DNA from: Firmicutes bacterium UBA5301
GTDB taxonomy: Bacteria; Bacillota; UBA5301
Reading direction: 5' to 3'
DNA: 41,094 bases
Assembly (NCBI GenBank): GCA_002408345.1
Contig: DHRX01000101.1
Coordinates: forward strand, 1 to 41,094
Shown piece after piece: positions 1 through 8,682 of this stretch. Each line of letters opens with the position of its first letter. The stretch's first letter is position 1. The notes beneath the pieces were generated by a model. The model had not been told where the DNA came from and did not search any database. It was given only the letters and a program-made list of their open reading frames with translations. The position numbers and the translations under genes were made by a program.

Positions 1-137
1 ACATTAATATAAGGGTCAAACTTTAGCACCGAAACTGAATAACCTCGGCTTTTCAACAATCTACCAATAGATGCAGCGGTTATTCCCTTACCTAAAGACG
101 AAACCACTCCACCGGTAACAAAGATATACTTGGCCAT
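1..137 (-). CDS. pyrG: CTP synthase, N-terminal fragment (the gene runs off the left edge)
   Basis: This ORF is not in the ORF track. The reverse complement starts at ATG 137 and reads [46 protein letters not shown]. That matches the near-invariant PyrG N-terminus ([16 protein letters not shown]...KFDPYINV). Confidence 0.9.
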   Translation of the reverse strand, partial: MAKYIFVTGGVVSSLGKGITAASIGRLLKSRGYSVSVLKFDPYIN

Positions 138-162
138 AAATGAACTCCTCTCGTTCTAGCTC

Positions 163-819
163 TTACTGATAATTCAAGCGTATAATCTTGGGTTCGTTAC
201 TTGCTACTAATTCTGAACCAACAATAGTTATTTCAGACCCTGAAACCTCTTCTGCCTGAGGAAATAACCGGGTAAACTCCGTTACCTTAGCCAACTCAAA
301 CTTGAGCACAGGGGTATGGTAATGCATCGGAATAACTACTTTGGGTCGCAAAGTTTGTACTACTTCGTATGCACCCTGAGCATCCAAAGTATAAGTCCCT
401 CCTACCGGGACCAATAAAATATCAACCGAACCAATCTCTTCTACTAAAGATTCAGATAAGTCCTCACCTAAGTCTCCTAAGTGTACTACCACTAAATTGT
501 GGTGGGTAAAACGGAAAATAGTATTGGCTCCCCGTAATGTTCCTTGCTCTGGGTCATGAAAAGAAGGAAACCCGGTAACCCGCAAACCAATCTTACTTAA
601 TTCGGCATGGGTCTGCTCCCCTGGGCCCCTAAAAACTGTGGGTTCACCTGGAACACCAGCAGTATGGTTATGATCGTAATGTTCGTGACTGACCGTAATA
701 AAATCTACTTGTTCCGAGGGTAGAGGGTAGCCTACCGTTTGGTCGAAAGGGTCCGTTAGCACCTGCACTTCACCCCAGTCCAACAAAAAACAGGCATGGC
801 CATACCACTTAATCCTCAT
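163..819 (-). CDS. MBL-fold metal-dependent hydrolase (UPF0173-like)
   Basis: The track ORF is 163..870. I place the start at the internal ATG 819 (MRIKWYGHACFLL) because GGAGG lies 7 nt upstream. The metallo-beta-lactamase motif HEHYDH is present, and the ~218 aa size is typical. Confidence 0.8.
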   Translation of the reverse strand: MRIKWYGHACFLLDWGEVQVLTDPFDQTVGYPLPSEQVDFITVSHEHYDHNHTAGVPGEPTVFRGPGEQTHAELSKIGLRVTGFPSFHDPEQGTLRGANTIFRFTHHNLVVVHLGDLGEDLSESLVEEIGSVDILLVPVGGTYTLDAQGAYEVVQTLRPKVVIPMHYHTPVLKFELAKVTEFTRLFPQAEEVSGSEITIVGSELVASNEPKIIRLNYQ

Positions 820-835
820 TATCGAACCTCCTCTA

Positions 836-2560
836 TTACATGCGCTCAGGTGCGCTAATTCCCAATACATCTAAAGCAGTACGCAGCACAATTCCCACCG
901 TATCTACCAGAGATAAACGAGCCATAGTTAAAGCGCTATCTGCAGAAATAACCCGTGATGCATTATAGAAAGAGTGAAAAGCTCCTGCTAATTCATGGGC
1001 GTAGCGAGCAATACGGTGAGGCTCCATAGTAAGAGCTGCTACCTTAACCTCTTCTGGCCAGAAAGCGATTTTCTTCAGAAGGGCTAACTCACTATCGTTG
1101 GTTAACAAGCTTACATCTACTGTCGCTAAGTTAATAACATCACCTAATGATTGACCTACAGCCAGTTGAGGGAGGTGCCCTAAATCTGCAGCTTGACGTA
1201 AAATTGAAGCAATTCGGGCATGGGCATACTGAATATAAAAAACCGGATTTTCTTCTGTATGCGCTGCAGCTAAACTAAGATCAAAATCTAGCTGGCTGTC
1301 GGCGCTACGCATAATAAAGAAATAACGGGCAGCGTCAACCCCAACCTCTTCAATTACCTCGGCTAAAGTTACTAACTTACCGGTCCGCTTAGACATAGCT
1401 ACCGGTTCCCCATCCCGGAGCAAAGTAACTAACTGTACTATCTTAACGATTAGGCTCTCCGGATCAAAGCCAAGAGCTGCTACCCCCGCCTTCATCCGTG
1501 AAATATACCCGTGATGGTCGGCACCCCAAATATTAATTACCTTACTAAAACCACGTTCAAATTTATTTTTATGGTAAGCTAAATCGGCTGCTAAGTAAGT
1601 AGGAATACCGTTTTCTCTGATAACTACCCGGTCTTTGTCATCTCCATACTGAGTTGACCGTAACCATAAGGCCCCTCCGTCGTCATAAATACTCCCATTA
1701 GCCTGCAATTCCCGCACGGTATCTTCTATGGCGCCTTCCTGATGTAATTGGGACTCGCTAAACCAGTTATCAAAATAAACCCGAAATTCCCTTAAATCCC
1801 GTTCAATATCGGCTAACTTTCGTTTCAAAGCAAATTTTGTTAAAATTGTACGACGTTCCTCCGGCTCTAAATCTAAGTATTTATCGCCTACTTCAGCTAC
1901 TACCTCGGCCATCAAAATTTTGAGATCTTCACCGTGATAGCCATCTTCAGGGACAGATACATCTTGACCTAAAGCTTGAAAATAGCGGGCTTCTAAAGAA
2001 AGACCAAAATTATAAATCTGATTACCAGCGTCGTTAATGTAGTATTCGCGTTGAACCTGGTAACCGGCCTTTCCTAACAGGTTAGCCAAAACGCTGCCAA
2101 CTACCGCCCCCCGGCCATGACCAACATGGAGCGGACCGGTAGGGTTAGCGCTAACAAACTCTACCTGCACCGCTTCCCCCTCTCCTATCTCTAGCTGACC
2201 GTATTGACTACCGGCCGTTTGCACCTCACCAATTACCTGATTTAACCACGTCGGATTGAGGTGAAAATTAATAAAACCGGGCCCCGCTACCTCTACTTTT
2301 TCTACTGAGGAATTAGTCAAATCCATGTAACTAGCTAAAATTTCGGCGATTTTACGAGGAGCCATTCGGGCCGCCCGAGCTGAAATCATTGCTAAATTAG
2401 TCGCCCAATCTCCGTGTGTTTCTTCACGGGGAACTTCTAGGGCAATCATTCCACTATTATCAAGGATCTCCGCTGGTAAAGCTCCTTGGGCTACCGCCCT
2501 TTCCAGTGCCCTCTGAATAATAGCGGTAATTTGGTTCTTCACCTGGTCCAGAAGATACAT
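836..2560 (-). CDS. argS: Arginine--tRNA ligase
   Basis: The 574-aa product has the class I HIGH region (ANPTGPLHVGHGRG) and an MSKRTG (KMSKS-like) motif. The C-terminal half resembles the DALR anticodon-binding region. A GGAG ribosome-binding site sits inside the end of the upstream ORF. Confidence 0.95.
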   Translation of the reverse strand: MYLLDQVKNQITAIIQRALERAVAQGALPAEILDNSGMIALEVPREETHGDWATNLAMISARAARMAPRKIAEILASYMDLTNSSVEKVEVAGPGFINFHLNPTWLNQVIGEVQTAGSQYGQLEIGEGEAVQVEFVSANPTGPLHVGHGRGAVVGSVLANLLGKAGYQVQREYYINDAGNQIYNFGLSLEARYFQALGQDVSVPEDGYHGEDLKILMAEVVAEVGDKYLDLEPEERRTILTKFALKRKLADIERDLREFRVYFDNWFSESQLHQEGAIEDTVRELQANGSIYDDGGALWLRSTQYGDDKDRVVIRENGIPTYLAADLAYHKNKFERGFSKVINIWGADHHGYISRMKAGVAALGFDPESLIVKIVQLVTLLRDGEPVAMSKRTGKLVTLAEVIEEVGVDAARYFFIMRSADSQLDFDLSLAAAHTEENPVFYIQYAHARIASILRQAADLGHLPQLAVGQSLGDVINLATVDVSLLTNDSELALLKKIAFWPEEVKVAALTMEPHRIARYAHELAGAFHSFYNASRVISADSALTMARLSLVDTVGIVLRTALDVLGISAPERM

Positions 2561-2567
2561 CTGCTAG

Positions 2568-2978
2568 TTACTCCTTTTCACCAAAACGTTTTTGGTATTC
2601 TGTTAACATTTCCACGCTGTTTTTCGCTAATACTTGCAGATACTCTTGGGTTTGGTTAAAATTTTGCTCCAAACCTCCATACCTGGTTTCACACTTAATT
2701 CTGTTCTCCTGCAAAAAGCTAGCCAAATCTAACTGATAAGTATAAGCCAACTTAACGGCAAAAGTCACTAAATCTGCAAGCTCTTCCCCTAGCTGGTTAC
2801 GCCAGTCCTCTTTTTCCGCTGGAGTACTTGGCCGGTAACCATGCAAAACCAAAATACATCTAGTAACCTCGCCTAATTCTTCGACTAAATGGGCTAAGCT
2901 ATCTGTAGCTGGACAAAGGTCCCATCCACGAGCACGGTCAAACTCTTCCACCCATTGCTGGTAAGCTCGTAAATCCAT
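2568..2978 (-). CDS. MazG-like nucleotide pyrophosphohydrolase domain protein
   Basis: Two EExxE-type helices typical of the MazG/all-alpha NTP-PPase fold are present (LVEELGEV and LGEELADL). The start is set at ATG 2978 (MDLRAYQQW) because GGGAGGA lies 8 nt upstream. The track start at 2999 is a TTG with no SD. Confidence 0.7.
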   Translation of the reverse strand: MDLRAYQQWVEEFDRARGWDLCPATDSLAHLVEELGEVTRCILVLHGYRPSTPAEKEDWRNQLGEELADLVTFAVKLAYTYQLDLASFLQENRIKCETRYGGLEQNFNQTQEYLQVLAKNSVEMLTEYQKRFGEKE

Positions 2979-3069
2979 ACAGACCATCCTCCCTGGCAAC
3001 TTTTAGTTCAGTTCTACATCGAAAGGCTTCTTCCTCTCAGTTTCTCCCGGGATAACCCCAGCAAACCTT

Positions 3070-3100
3070 AAAGAAAAAGTGCCCCCTTTACAGAGGGCAC
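3070..3100 (-). terminator. Rho-independent terminator downstream of the 3129..3776 gene
   Basis: The minus strand reads GTGCCCTC-TGTAAA-GGGGGCAC, an 8-bp stem including one G-U pair. TTTTTCTTT follows directly. Confidence 0.65.
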
Positions 3101-3128
3101 GCTACTAGTCAGAAGCTTAGGGTCAGCC

Positions 3129-3776
3129 TTAAAACCAGCCATTAATGCTTAGACCAATAACCCCTTCTTGTAAATCATGATAGGCTAAATGGAGAGTGAT
3201 GTTAGGTGTGAAACGGATCTGAGCACCTACACTAAGATCACTACCATGTACTTCACCTAGGAGGATAGTCTGGAGAATTAGACCCTTTTCCCCTGGCCGG
3301 TTAACCGATACGGTGTTTAACACTTTACTGACCCCGGCGAAAAGGGGATCGCCAGGTGTTTCTATGCCTAGGTGTGCACGTACCCCTAAATCCGGCATAT
3401 TCTTACTCAGTACTACATACATTTTGCGTTGCAAAGAATCAGCTATATCCAACGCTCCTACAGCAATCCCTGGAAAATCTCTGGTTTCTGGGATCACCTG
3501 GAGTTTGGCGTTAAGATAGCCTGGAGAATCCCCCTGCTCCCGAACGCCTATACCCATCTCCAAAGAAGGGATAGGCGCACCGTTAATTGCAACAATATAG
3601 TTCTCTCCCGCCATAAATCCAGCAACATTAAACTGTCCAGGCTGAATTACATCGGCTGTAGGAATAGTAATCAATCCTGTCGGGCCGAATAGGCTCGGTG
3701 CTGCTAAAACCCCTGTACCTGGTAGCAACAAAGCCGCCATAATAATCAGAGTTGTTAACTTCAATCGCAAAGACAT
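3129..3776 (-). CDS. Secreted beta-rich protein of unknown function (YjbH-like N-terminal motif, OMP-like C-terminus)
   Basis: AGGAGGA lies 8 nt before ATG 3776. The signal peptide is MSLRLKLTTLIIMAALLLPGTGVLAA. The mature part has alternating hydrophobic beta-strand patterns and ends ...GLSINGWF (terminal Phe). The family call is weak. Confidence 0.55.
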   Translation of the reverse strand: MSLRLKLTTLIIMAALLLPGTGVLAAPSLFGPTGLITIPTADVIQPGQFNVAGFMAGENYIVAINGAPIPSLEMGIGVREQGDSPGYLNAKLQVIPETRDFPGIAVGALDIADSLQRKMYVVLSKNMPDLGVRAHLGIETPGDPLFAGVSKVLNTVSVNRPGEKGLILQTILLGEVHGSDLSVGAQIRFTPNITLHLAYHDLQEGVIGLSINGWF

Positions 3777-3878
3777 CAAAATAATCCTCCTGTTTTCCGG
3801 TCAATCTGGTTTATCAGAGAGAGATTTCCACTATTGCTTTTTTAATCCCTGCTTTAACCGCTGGGAATTTCGGGTAAA

Positions 3879-4754
3879 TTAAAGTAAAAGCAGCTCCCTT
3901 AGGAGCTTAGCTCCTAGAAAAGGGGTCCGTCTACTTAAATCATAATCAGGAGCAATTTCAACAATATCTACACCTACTAAATTTGTCCCTTGTAACAAAT
4001 GGATAGCTTGTAGTAGTTCTGAACTACTAACACCCCCTGGCTCAGGGGTACCGGTTCCAGGAGCAAAAGCTGGGTCAGCAACGTCGATATCAAGGGTTAG
4101 GTAAATAGGTGCATCTTTGATTTGGCTTAGAACACTATGTAGCGGTTCGTAAACCTCAAAGGGGAAGAGTTTTGTGCGTTGAGCCGCAAAAGCAAACTCC
4201 TCTTTCTCCCCAGATCTAATTCCAAACTGATAAATATCTATAGCCGGCTCCAGTTCACAAGCCCGCCTAATTACACTAGCATGAGACAAAGTTTCCCCGT
4301 GGTAAGACTCCCGAAGATCTGTATGGGCATCGAAATGCAGCAGTACTAAATTAGGGTACATAGCATGGGTTGCCGCAATAGCCGGCCAAGAAACTAAGTG
4401 TTCACCGCCTAATAAATACGGTTTTTTCCCATCAGCAAGAATAGCGGTTACCGCTTTTTTAATTAACTCTAAGGAGGTAGCTGCATTGCCAAAAGGCAGT
4501 TCCAAATTACCGGCGTCATAATAGGCTATATCAGCTAACGACTTATCTAGATAAGGGCTATATAACTCTAAACCCGGTGAAACATCACGAATAGAGTTAG
4601 GACCAAAACGAGAACCAGGGCGGAAACTAACCGTCCAGTCCATAGGTGCTCCAATAATAACCTTTTCTGCAGCGATATAATCTGCAGAGGCCCCTATAAA
4701 AGGAGCCTCTTTCGATATATACTCGTTAACTAAGGATGAGAAATGGCTAGACAA
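3879..4754 (-). CDS. speB: Agmatinase
   Basis: Ureohydrolase Mn-binding motifs are present (HFDAHTDL, DIDVADPAFAPGTGTPEPGG), as is MDWTVSFRPGSRFGP. I place the start at TTG 4754 (LSSHFSSLVNEY) with GGAGGG 9 nt upstream and 4 nt after the speE stop. The longer track ORF (to 4841) would overlap speE by 83 nt. Confidence 0.9.
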   Translation of the reverse strand: MSSHFSSLVNEYISKEAPFIGASADYIAAEKVIIGAPMDWTVSFRPGSRFGPNSIRDVSPGLELYSPYLDKSLADIAYYDAGNLELPFGNAATSLELIKKAVTAILADGKKPYLLGGEHLVSWPAIAATHAMYPNLVLLHFDAHTDLRESYHGETLSHASVIRRACELEPAIDIYQFGIRSGEKEEFAFAAQRTKLFPFEVYEPLHSVLSQIKDAPIYLTLDIDVADPAFAPGTGTPEPGGVSSSELLQAIHLLQGTNLVGVDIVEIAPDYDLSRRTPFLGAKLLRELLLL

Positions 4755-4758
4755 TAGC

Positions 4759-5583
4759 TTATCCCTCCAATAACTCCTGGACAAAGCGGGGTAATGTAAA
4801 GGCCGCTTTATGTATCTCCGGAGTATAGTATCTCGTAGCAAACCCTACTTTATCCGGTGCTTGAGCTGGATCAGCTATCTTAGATCCGCACGTAAAAGTC
4901 CAGAGTCCTGAGGGATAAGTTGGTACATCGCCAAGATAAACCTTAGTAATAGGAAAGACCTGTCCAATATTTTTATAGGTCTTAGCCACCAACTCAGCGT
5001 TAGCAAAAGGCGACTCCGTCTGAGCCACTAGTATGCCGTCTTTCCTTAAAGCACGATGACAGTTCGTATAGAAGGGCACTTCAAACAACTGTACACCTGG
5101 CCCTACCGGATCAGAGGAATCGATAATAATTATATCATACTCGTTATCAGCCTGGCGAATATGCTCAATCCCGTCAGTTATGTAAGTTTTAACTCGAGAA
5201 TCAGCCAGCCCTGAGCTAATAGTAGGGAACCATTTTTTACAGGTCTCTACCACCGCCCCATCGATCTCTATATGGATTATCTCCTTGACCGAAGGGTGCT
5301 TGAGAACCTCACGAACCGTTCCACCGTCCCCGCCACCAATGACGCAAACCCGTTCTGGATTGGGGTGAGCAAATAAAGGGATATGGGCAATAAGCTCATG
5401 ATAAACAAACTCATCCCGTTCAGTGGTTTGAATTGCTCCATCCAAAACCAGCATCCGACCATACTCAAAAGTGTCGACCACGAGAATTTCCTGAAACTCG
5501 GTCTGCTCGTGATGTAGAACTTCCTTAATCCTTAGGGACAATCTAAGGTTTTCGGTTTGGTTTTCAGTCACCCATACTTCCAA
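4759..5583 (-). CDS. speE: Spermidine synthase (aminopropyltransferase)
   Basis: The motifs GGGDGGTVREVLKH and DSSDPVGP are present. The 274-aa product is collinear with SpeE throughout. Confidence 0.95.
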   Translation of the reverse strand: MEVWVTENQTENLRLSLRIKEVLHHEQTEFQEILVVDTFEYGRMLVLDGAIQTTERDEFVYHELIAHIPLFAHPNPERVCVIGGGDGGTVREVLKHPSVKEIIHIEIDGAVVETCKKWFPTISSGLADSRVKTYITDGIEHIRQADNEYDIIIIDSSDPVGPGVQLFEVPFYTNCHRALRKDGILVAQTESPFANAELVAKTYKNIGQVFPITKVYLGDVPTYPSGLWTFTCGSKIADPAQAPDKVGFATRYYTPEIHKAAFTLPRFVQELLEG

Positions 5584-5609
5584 TTTAGTACCTCCACTTA
5601 ACTCTTATT

Positions 5610-6068
5610 TTAATACCACAACGCAACCGCTGCAAAAGCACAGCCGCACTTATCAACAACAATGTCTATGCCCTTAGCTTCTACCCGGACTAAGTGGCGA
5701 CCCCGGACCCGAAAGGCTTCTTCAGCCATTTTGGTGACCATAGCTTCAGCTTCTTCTTTGGAACATTCTCCTGAATACTCCATAATCACACCGTAGTCAT
5801 CCTCACCAAAACCAATAGCAACAGCAGCTGCCACCTTTTGTCCAGGGGTTTCGCTAACTATACTGCCATAGGCGGTAGGGGTTAAAGAACCAGGGGGAAT
5901 ATCTAGCTTCGCAACTTCTTGACAGTTAGGGGGCAGAATGCTGCTGACCCGCAGCAAGTTCAAGTTCCCGATGCCCGCAGCTAATAAAGCGTTGTCAAAG
6001 GCATTAAGCCTGGTTGCCCCCTCAGCGGCACCAGCAACCATCGTAAATTTTTTCGGGGTTGGCAACAT
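5610..6068 (-). CDS. pdaD: Pyruvoyl-dependent arginine decarboxylase
   Basis: The 152-aa product aligns by eye with archaeal PdaD. Shared segments are LNAFDNALLAAGIGNLNLLRVSSILPP (Ser-Ser self-cleavage site), PTAYG, IMEY.G.CSKEEAE and CGCAFAAVALWY. Confidence 0.9.
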   Translation of the reverse strand: MLPTPKKFTMVAGAAEGATRLNAFDNALLAAGIGNLNLLRVSSILPPNCQEVAKLDIPPGSLTPTAYGSIVSETPGQKVAAAVAIGFGEDDYGVIMEYSGECSKEEAEAMVTKMAEEAFRVRGRHLVRVEAKGIDIVVDKCGCAFAAVALWY

Positions 6069-6112
6069 GGCAACGTCCTCCTTATAAAGTTTTTTCTTTT
6101 ACAAACAGAGAT

Positions 6113-6141
6113 AGTATACCAGACCAGATATGGAAAATAAA
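6113..6141 (-). promoter_or_regulatory. Possible extended -10 promoter for pdaD-speE-speB
   Basis: The minus strand reads TTTATT-N15-TGG-TATACT about 45 nt upstream of the pdaD ATG. The -35 element is weak, but the extended -10 (TGnTATACT) is good. Confidence 0.3.
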
Positions 6142-6144
6142 TAT

Positions 6145-6540
6145 CTATTTGCATTCTTTTTGCTTTATCTTAGAAGGAGAGTTTCTAGCCTCTAACGCTT
6201 TTTCAATAAGAACTTGTACATCATTAATATCAAAGGGTTTCATGATACACGCAAAGACCCTAGTGGCAACCTCATTGGCTATTTCATTGCGGGCGGTCAT
6301 TGCAATTACTGGTATCTCGGTTAATTCCGGATCAGTCTGTAACTCCTGGATTATTTCGGAACCACTTTTACCTGGCAGGATTAAATCCAGTAAAATAACG
6401 TCTGGCATTTGGTTCCGAACTAAACCTAGTACTTCTTCACCGTTGCCACAAGTGCTAACAGTATATCCCTGTAATTCTAAGAACATCTTTAGAACATCAA
6501 GGATACTAGACCGATCATCAACTACCAGTACACTCGGCAT
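6145..6540 (-). CDS. Single-domain response regulator (CheY-like receiver)
   Basis: The 131-aa product has an acidic pocket (VLVVDD) and a phospho-acceptor region (DVILLDLILPGKSG). It has no output domain. GGGGAGGA lies 6 nt before the ATG, and the gene overlaps the kinase gene by 23 nt. Confidence 0.9.
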   Translation of the reverse strand: MPSVLVVDDRSSILDVLKMFLELQGYTVSTCGNGEEVLGLVRNQMPDVILLDLILPGKSGSEIIQELQTDPELTEIPVIAMTARNEIANEVATRVFACIMKPFDINDVQVLIEKALEARNSPSKIKQKECK

Positions 6541-8563
6541 TACAGTTCCTCCCCTTCGACGGTAATGTCACCTTAAATCGATTGCCTCCTAGCTCTCCCT
6601 CTTCTACTATCATCCTGCCCCCATGCTGAGCAATAATATGCTTGACTATAAATAAGCCTAGCCCACTTCCAGGTACACCATTATAAGCCGCCCCTTCTCC
6701 GCGATAGAACTGCTCAAAAATCTTCTCCCGTTCCCCTACCGGTATCCGCTCACCTGCATCTTCAATTTCTAGTTGTCCTATATCTAAACCCTGACTAAGT
6801 CGAACTTTAATCAGGCTCCTTTGACGGGAAAATTTGACTGCATTATCTATTAAATTATATAAAACCTCTTGAATGCCCCAAACATCACCCCAAATCCAAA
6901 CATCAGTATCAGTTTGCTCCTCCAAAACTAAGCAGATATTTTTAGTTTCAGCCATCCCCTTAAATAATTGGAGATTCCGCTTTACTAGCTCCGTTAAATT
7001 CAACTGTTCTAACCGGGTTCGGTATTTATATAGTTGAAATCGATTAAACGTTACAACCTTTTCTATTAGCCCCGAAAGAATTTGAACTTCACTACGTAAA
7101 CTACTCAGGCAATCTTTCTCCAACAAAGATAACGCCCCAACCGGTACTATTTCTAGCAGATCTAAATAGCCCTTGATTGCAGTAATTGGTGTCCGTAACT
7201 CATGAGAGATAGTAGCTAGTATTTCGGCTTTAGCTTTTTCAAGCTGGTACTGCTCGGTAATATCCGTTATGATAAAAATACTACCATCTAACTTGTCCTT
7301 AACAATAATCGGTTCTACCCGAATTCGAAAATAGCGCTCTTTAGCATGTTGAGAAACAAATTCCTGAATCACCGGTTCTTCTTGGGTCATTGCTTGAAAA
7401 TAAATATGCTGTAGGGTAGTTCCAACAGACTCCACATTAGCTAACTGCCAATCAGTAACCGCACTTATCTTTTGCCCAACTACCAAGCCTAAGTAAGCAA
7501 ACCAACTTTGAAAGGCTTCATTATACTCTTGTATAAAGCCCTGATTATCTAGAAGCAGTAGGGCTACAGCATCAATCTGATCCATAATTTGAGTTAAACG
7601 ATTATGCTCCCGAAGAGCCTGATCATGCAACTTTCGGTTTTCGATAATCTGGCCGACCAACCCCGCAGCTGCTTCAAACATAGCTACTGTCACTTGACTA
7701 AAGGCATGGGGTTCGGTCTGGTAAACACCAATAACCCCCTGAACCTGACCTTGAACAATCATCGGGGTCGCCATAATAGCCTCATATCCATTATGAACAA
7801 TAGTCCTTTTTTGTAGGTAAGCGCTAGTTAGCGGGGAATCTGCCCCTTCTAGTGGCAACGAAAAATGAGGAGAATCATAGGTATTTAGAGCAATAGCGGT
7901 TAATTCTCGACCGTTTACGGTGGGAACAAGAATAATCGCGGATCGGACACCGCCAATACCAGCTAATTTTTCAATTAAATTCTCTAGAGTACTCTGATAA
8001 TCAGTACCTGCGGCCGAGTAGCGGGATATTTCAGCAATAGCGGCTAGGTAGGTGTTAGCCGCTGCTAATTCTGCATAGGCCTTGTTAATAGCCAATTCCT
8101 GTTGGATTTCCTTAGCTACATATTTTAAAAAGCGAAAAAGGAATTTATATTCCTCACCATTTTCTAACCAAATCCCTAAAACAGCACGAAGCCGCCCCTC
8201 AACCTGAATAGGGACGGCCATACTAACTTCTCGGGAGGTCCGAAAAGTACACTCTTGAGAACAAATTTTAATATTAGCGGTGCCGGTAGCCAAAACATGG
8301 GTAAAAGCATTCCAACCACAGTTTATGGCCCAATTACGCCCACTATATACACCAGCCTGAGTACCTTCTGCTTGTAAGACATAGCCATCTGCATCAGTTA
8401 GAATAACTAAAGATTCTCCCTGAGTAAAGCAGACTAAATCCAACATTGCCGGTCGTGCTGTTGCTAATAGCGCAGCCAATTTCTGTTGCCGGTCAGTTAC
8501 TTCATTTAAATTTAGTTTCGACCCTAGATTTAACCGGGTGATCTTTTTACAAGTCTCTCCCAT
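6518..8563 (-). CDS. Soluble sensor histidine kinase (GAF/PAS sensory region, HisKA, HATPase_c)
   Basis: The H-box SHELRTPITAIKGY, the N-box NLIDNAVKF and the G-box GSGLGLFIVKHI are present. I see no hydrophobic TM segments. The long N-terminal region has GAF- and PAS-like spacing. Confidence 0.85.
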   Translation of the reverse strand: MGETCKKITRLNLGSKLNLNEVTDRQQKLAALLATARPAMLDLVCFTQGESLVILTDADGYVLQAEGTQAGVYSGRNWAINCGWNAFTHVLATGTANIKICSQECTFRTSREVSMAVPIQVEGRLRAVLGIWLENGEEYKFLFRFLKYVAKEIQQELAINKAYAELAAANTYLAAIAEISRYSAAGTDYQSTLENLIEKLAGIGGVRSAIILVPTVNGRELTAIALNTYDSPHFSLPLEGADSPLTSAYLQKRTIVHNGYEAIMATPMIVQGQVQGVIGVYQTEPHAFSQVTVAMFEAAAGLVGQIIENRKLHDQALREHNRLTQIMDQIDAVALLLLDNQGFIQEYNEAFQSWFAYLGLVVGQKISAVTDWQLANVESVGTTLQHIYFQAMTQEEPVIQEFVSQHAKERYFRIRVEPIIVKDKLDGSIFIITDITEQYQLEKAKAEILATISHELRTPITAIKGYLDLLEIVPVGALSLLEKDCLSSLRSEVQILSGLIEKVVTFNRFQLYKYRTRLEQLNLTELVKRNLQLFKGMAETKNICLVLEEQTDTDVWIWGDVWGIQEVLYNLIDNAVKFSRQRSLIKVRLSQGLDIGQLEIEDAGERIPVGEREKIFEQFYRGEGAAYNGVPGSGLGLFIVKHIIAQHGGRMIVEEGELGGNRFKVTLPSKGRNCNAECTGS

Positions 8564-8682
8564 CGCAATCGCCTACTTAATTATTACATTACCAATAACC
8601 CCCTATTTCTTTCGCGATGGAAGTTCATCTTCCTACCAACAAATGGCACAAGTGTAAGATATTTACGATATGTAACTAAAAA

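Noticed and set aside
2561-3128. A T-box leader upstream of argS.
   Set aside because: argS starts 7 nt after the MazG-like ORF, with its SD inside that ORF. The only non-coding stretch (2979..3128) contains a terminator for the upstream gene. It shows no specifier-loop or T-box (AGGGTGGTACCGCG-like) sequence.
3780-3878. A terminator after speB (imperfect TCCCAGC/GCAGGGA pairing).
   Set aside because: The stem has an internal A-A mismatch. It is followed on the coding strand by an A-tract rather than a U-tract, so the orientation does not fit an intrinsic terminator.
6059-6565. A 168-aa plus-strand ORF opposite the response-regulator gene.
   Set aside because: It lies entirely antisense to a CDS with clear receiver-domain motifs. 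It has no SD and a low-complexity, Ser/Ile-rich shadow-frame composition.
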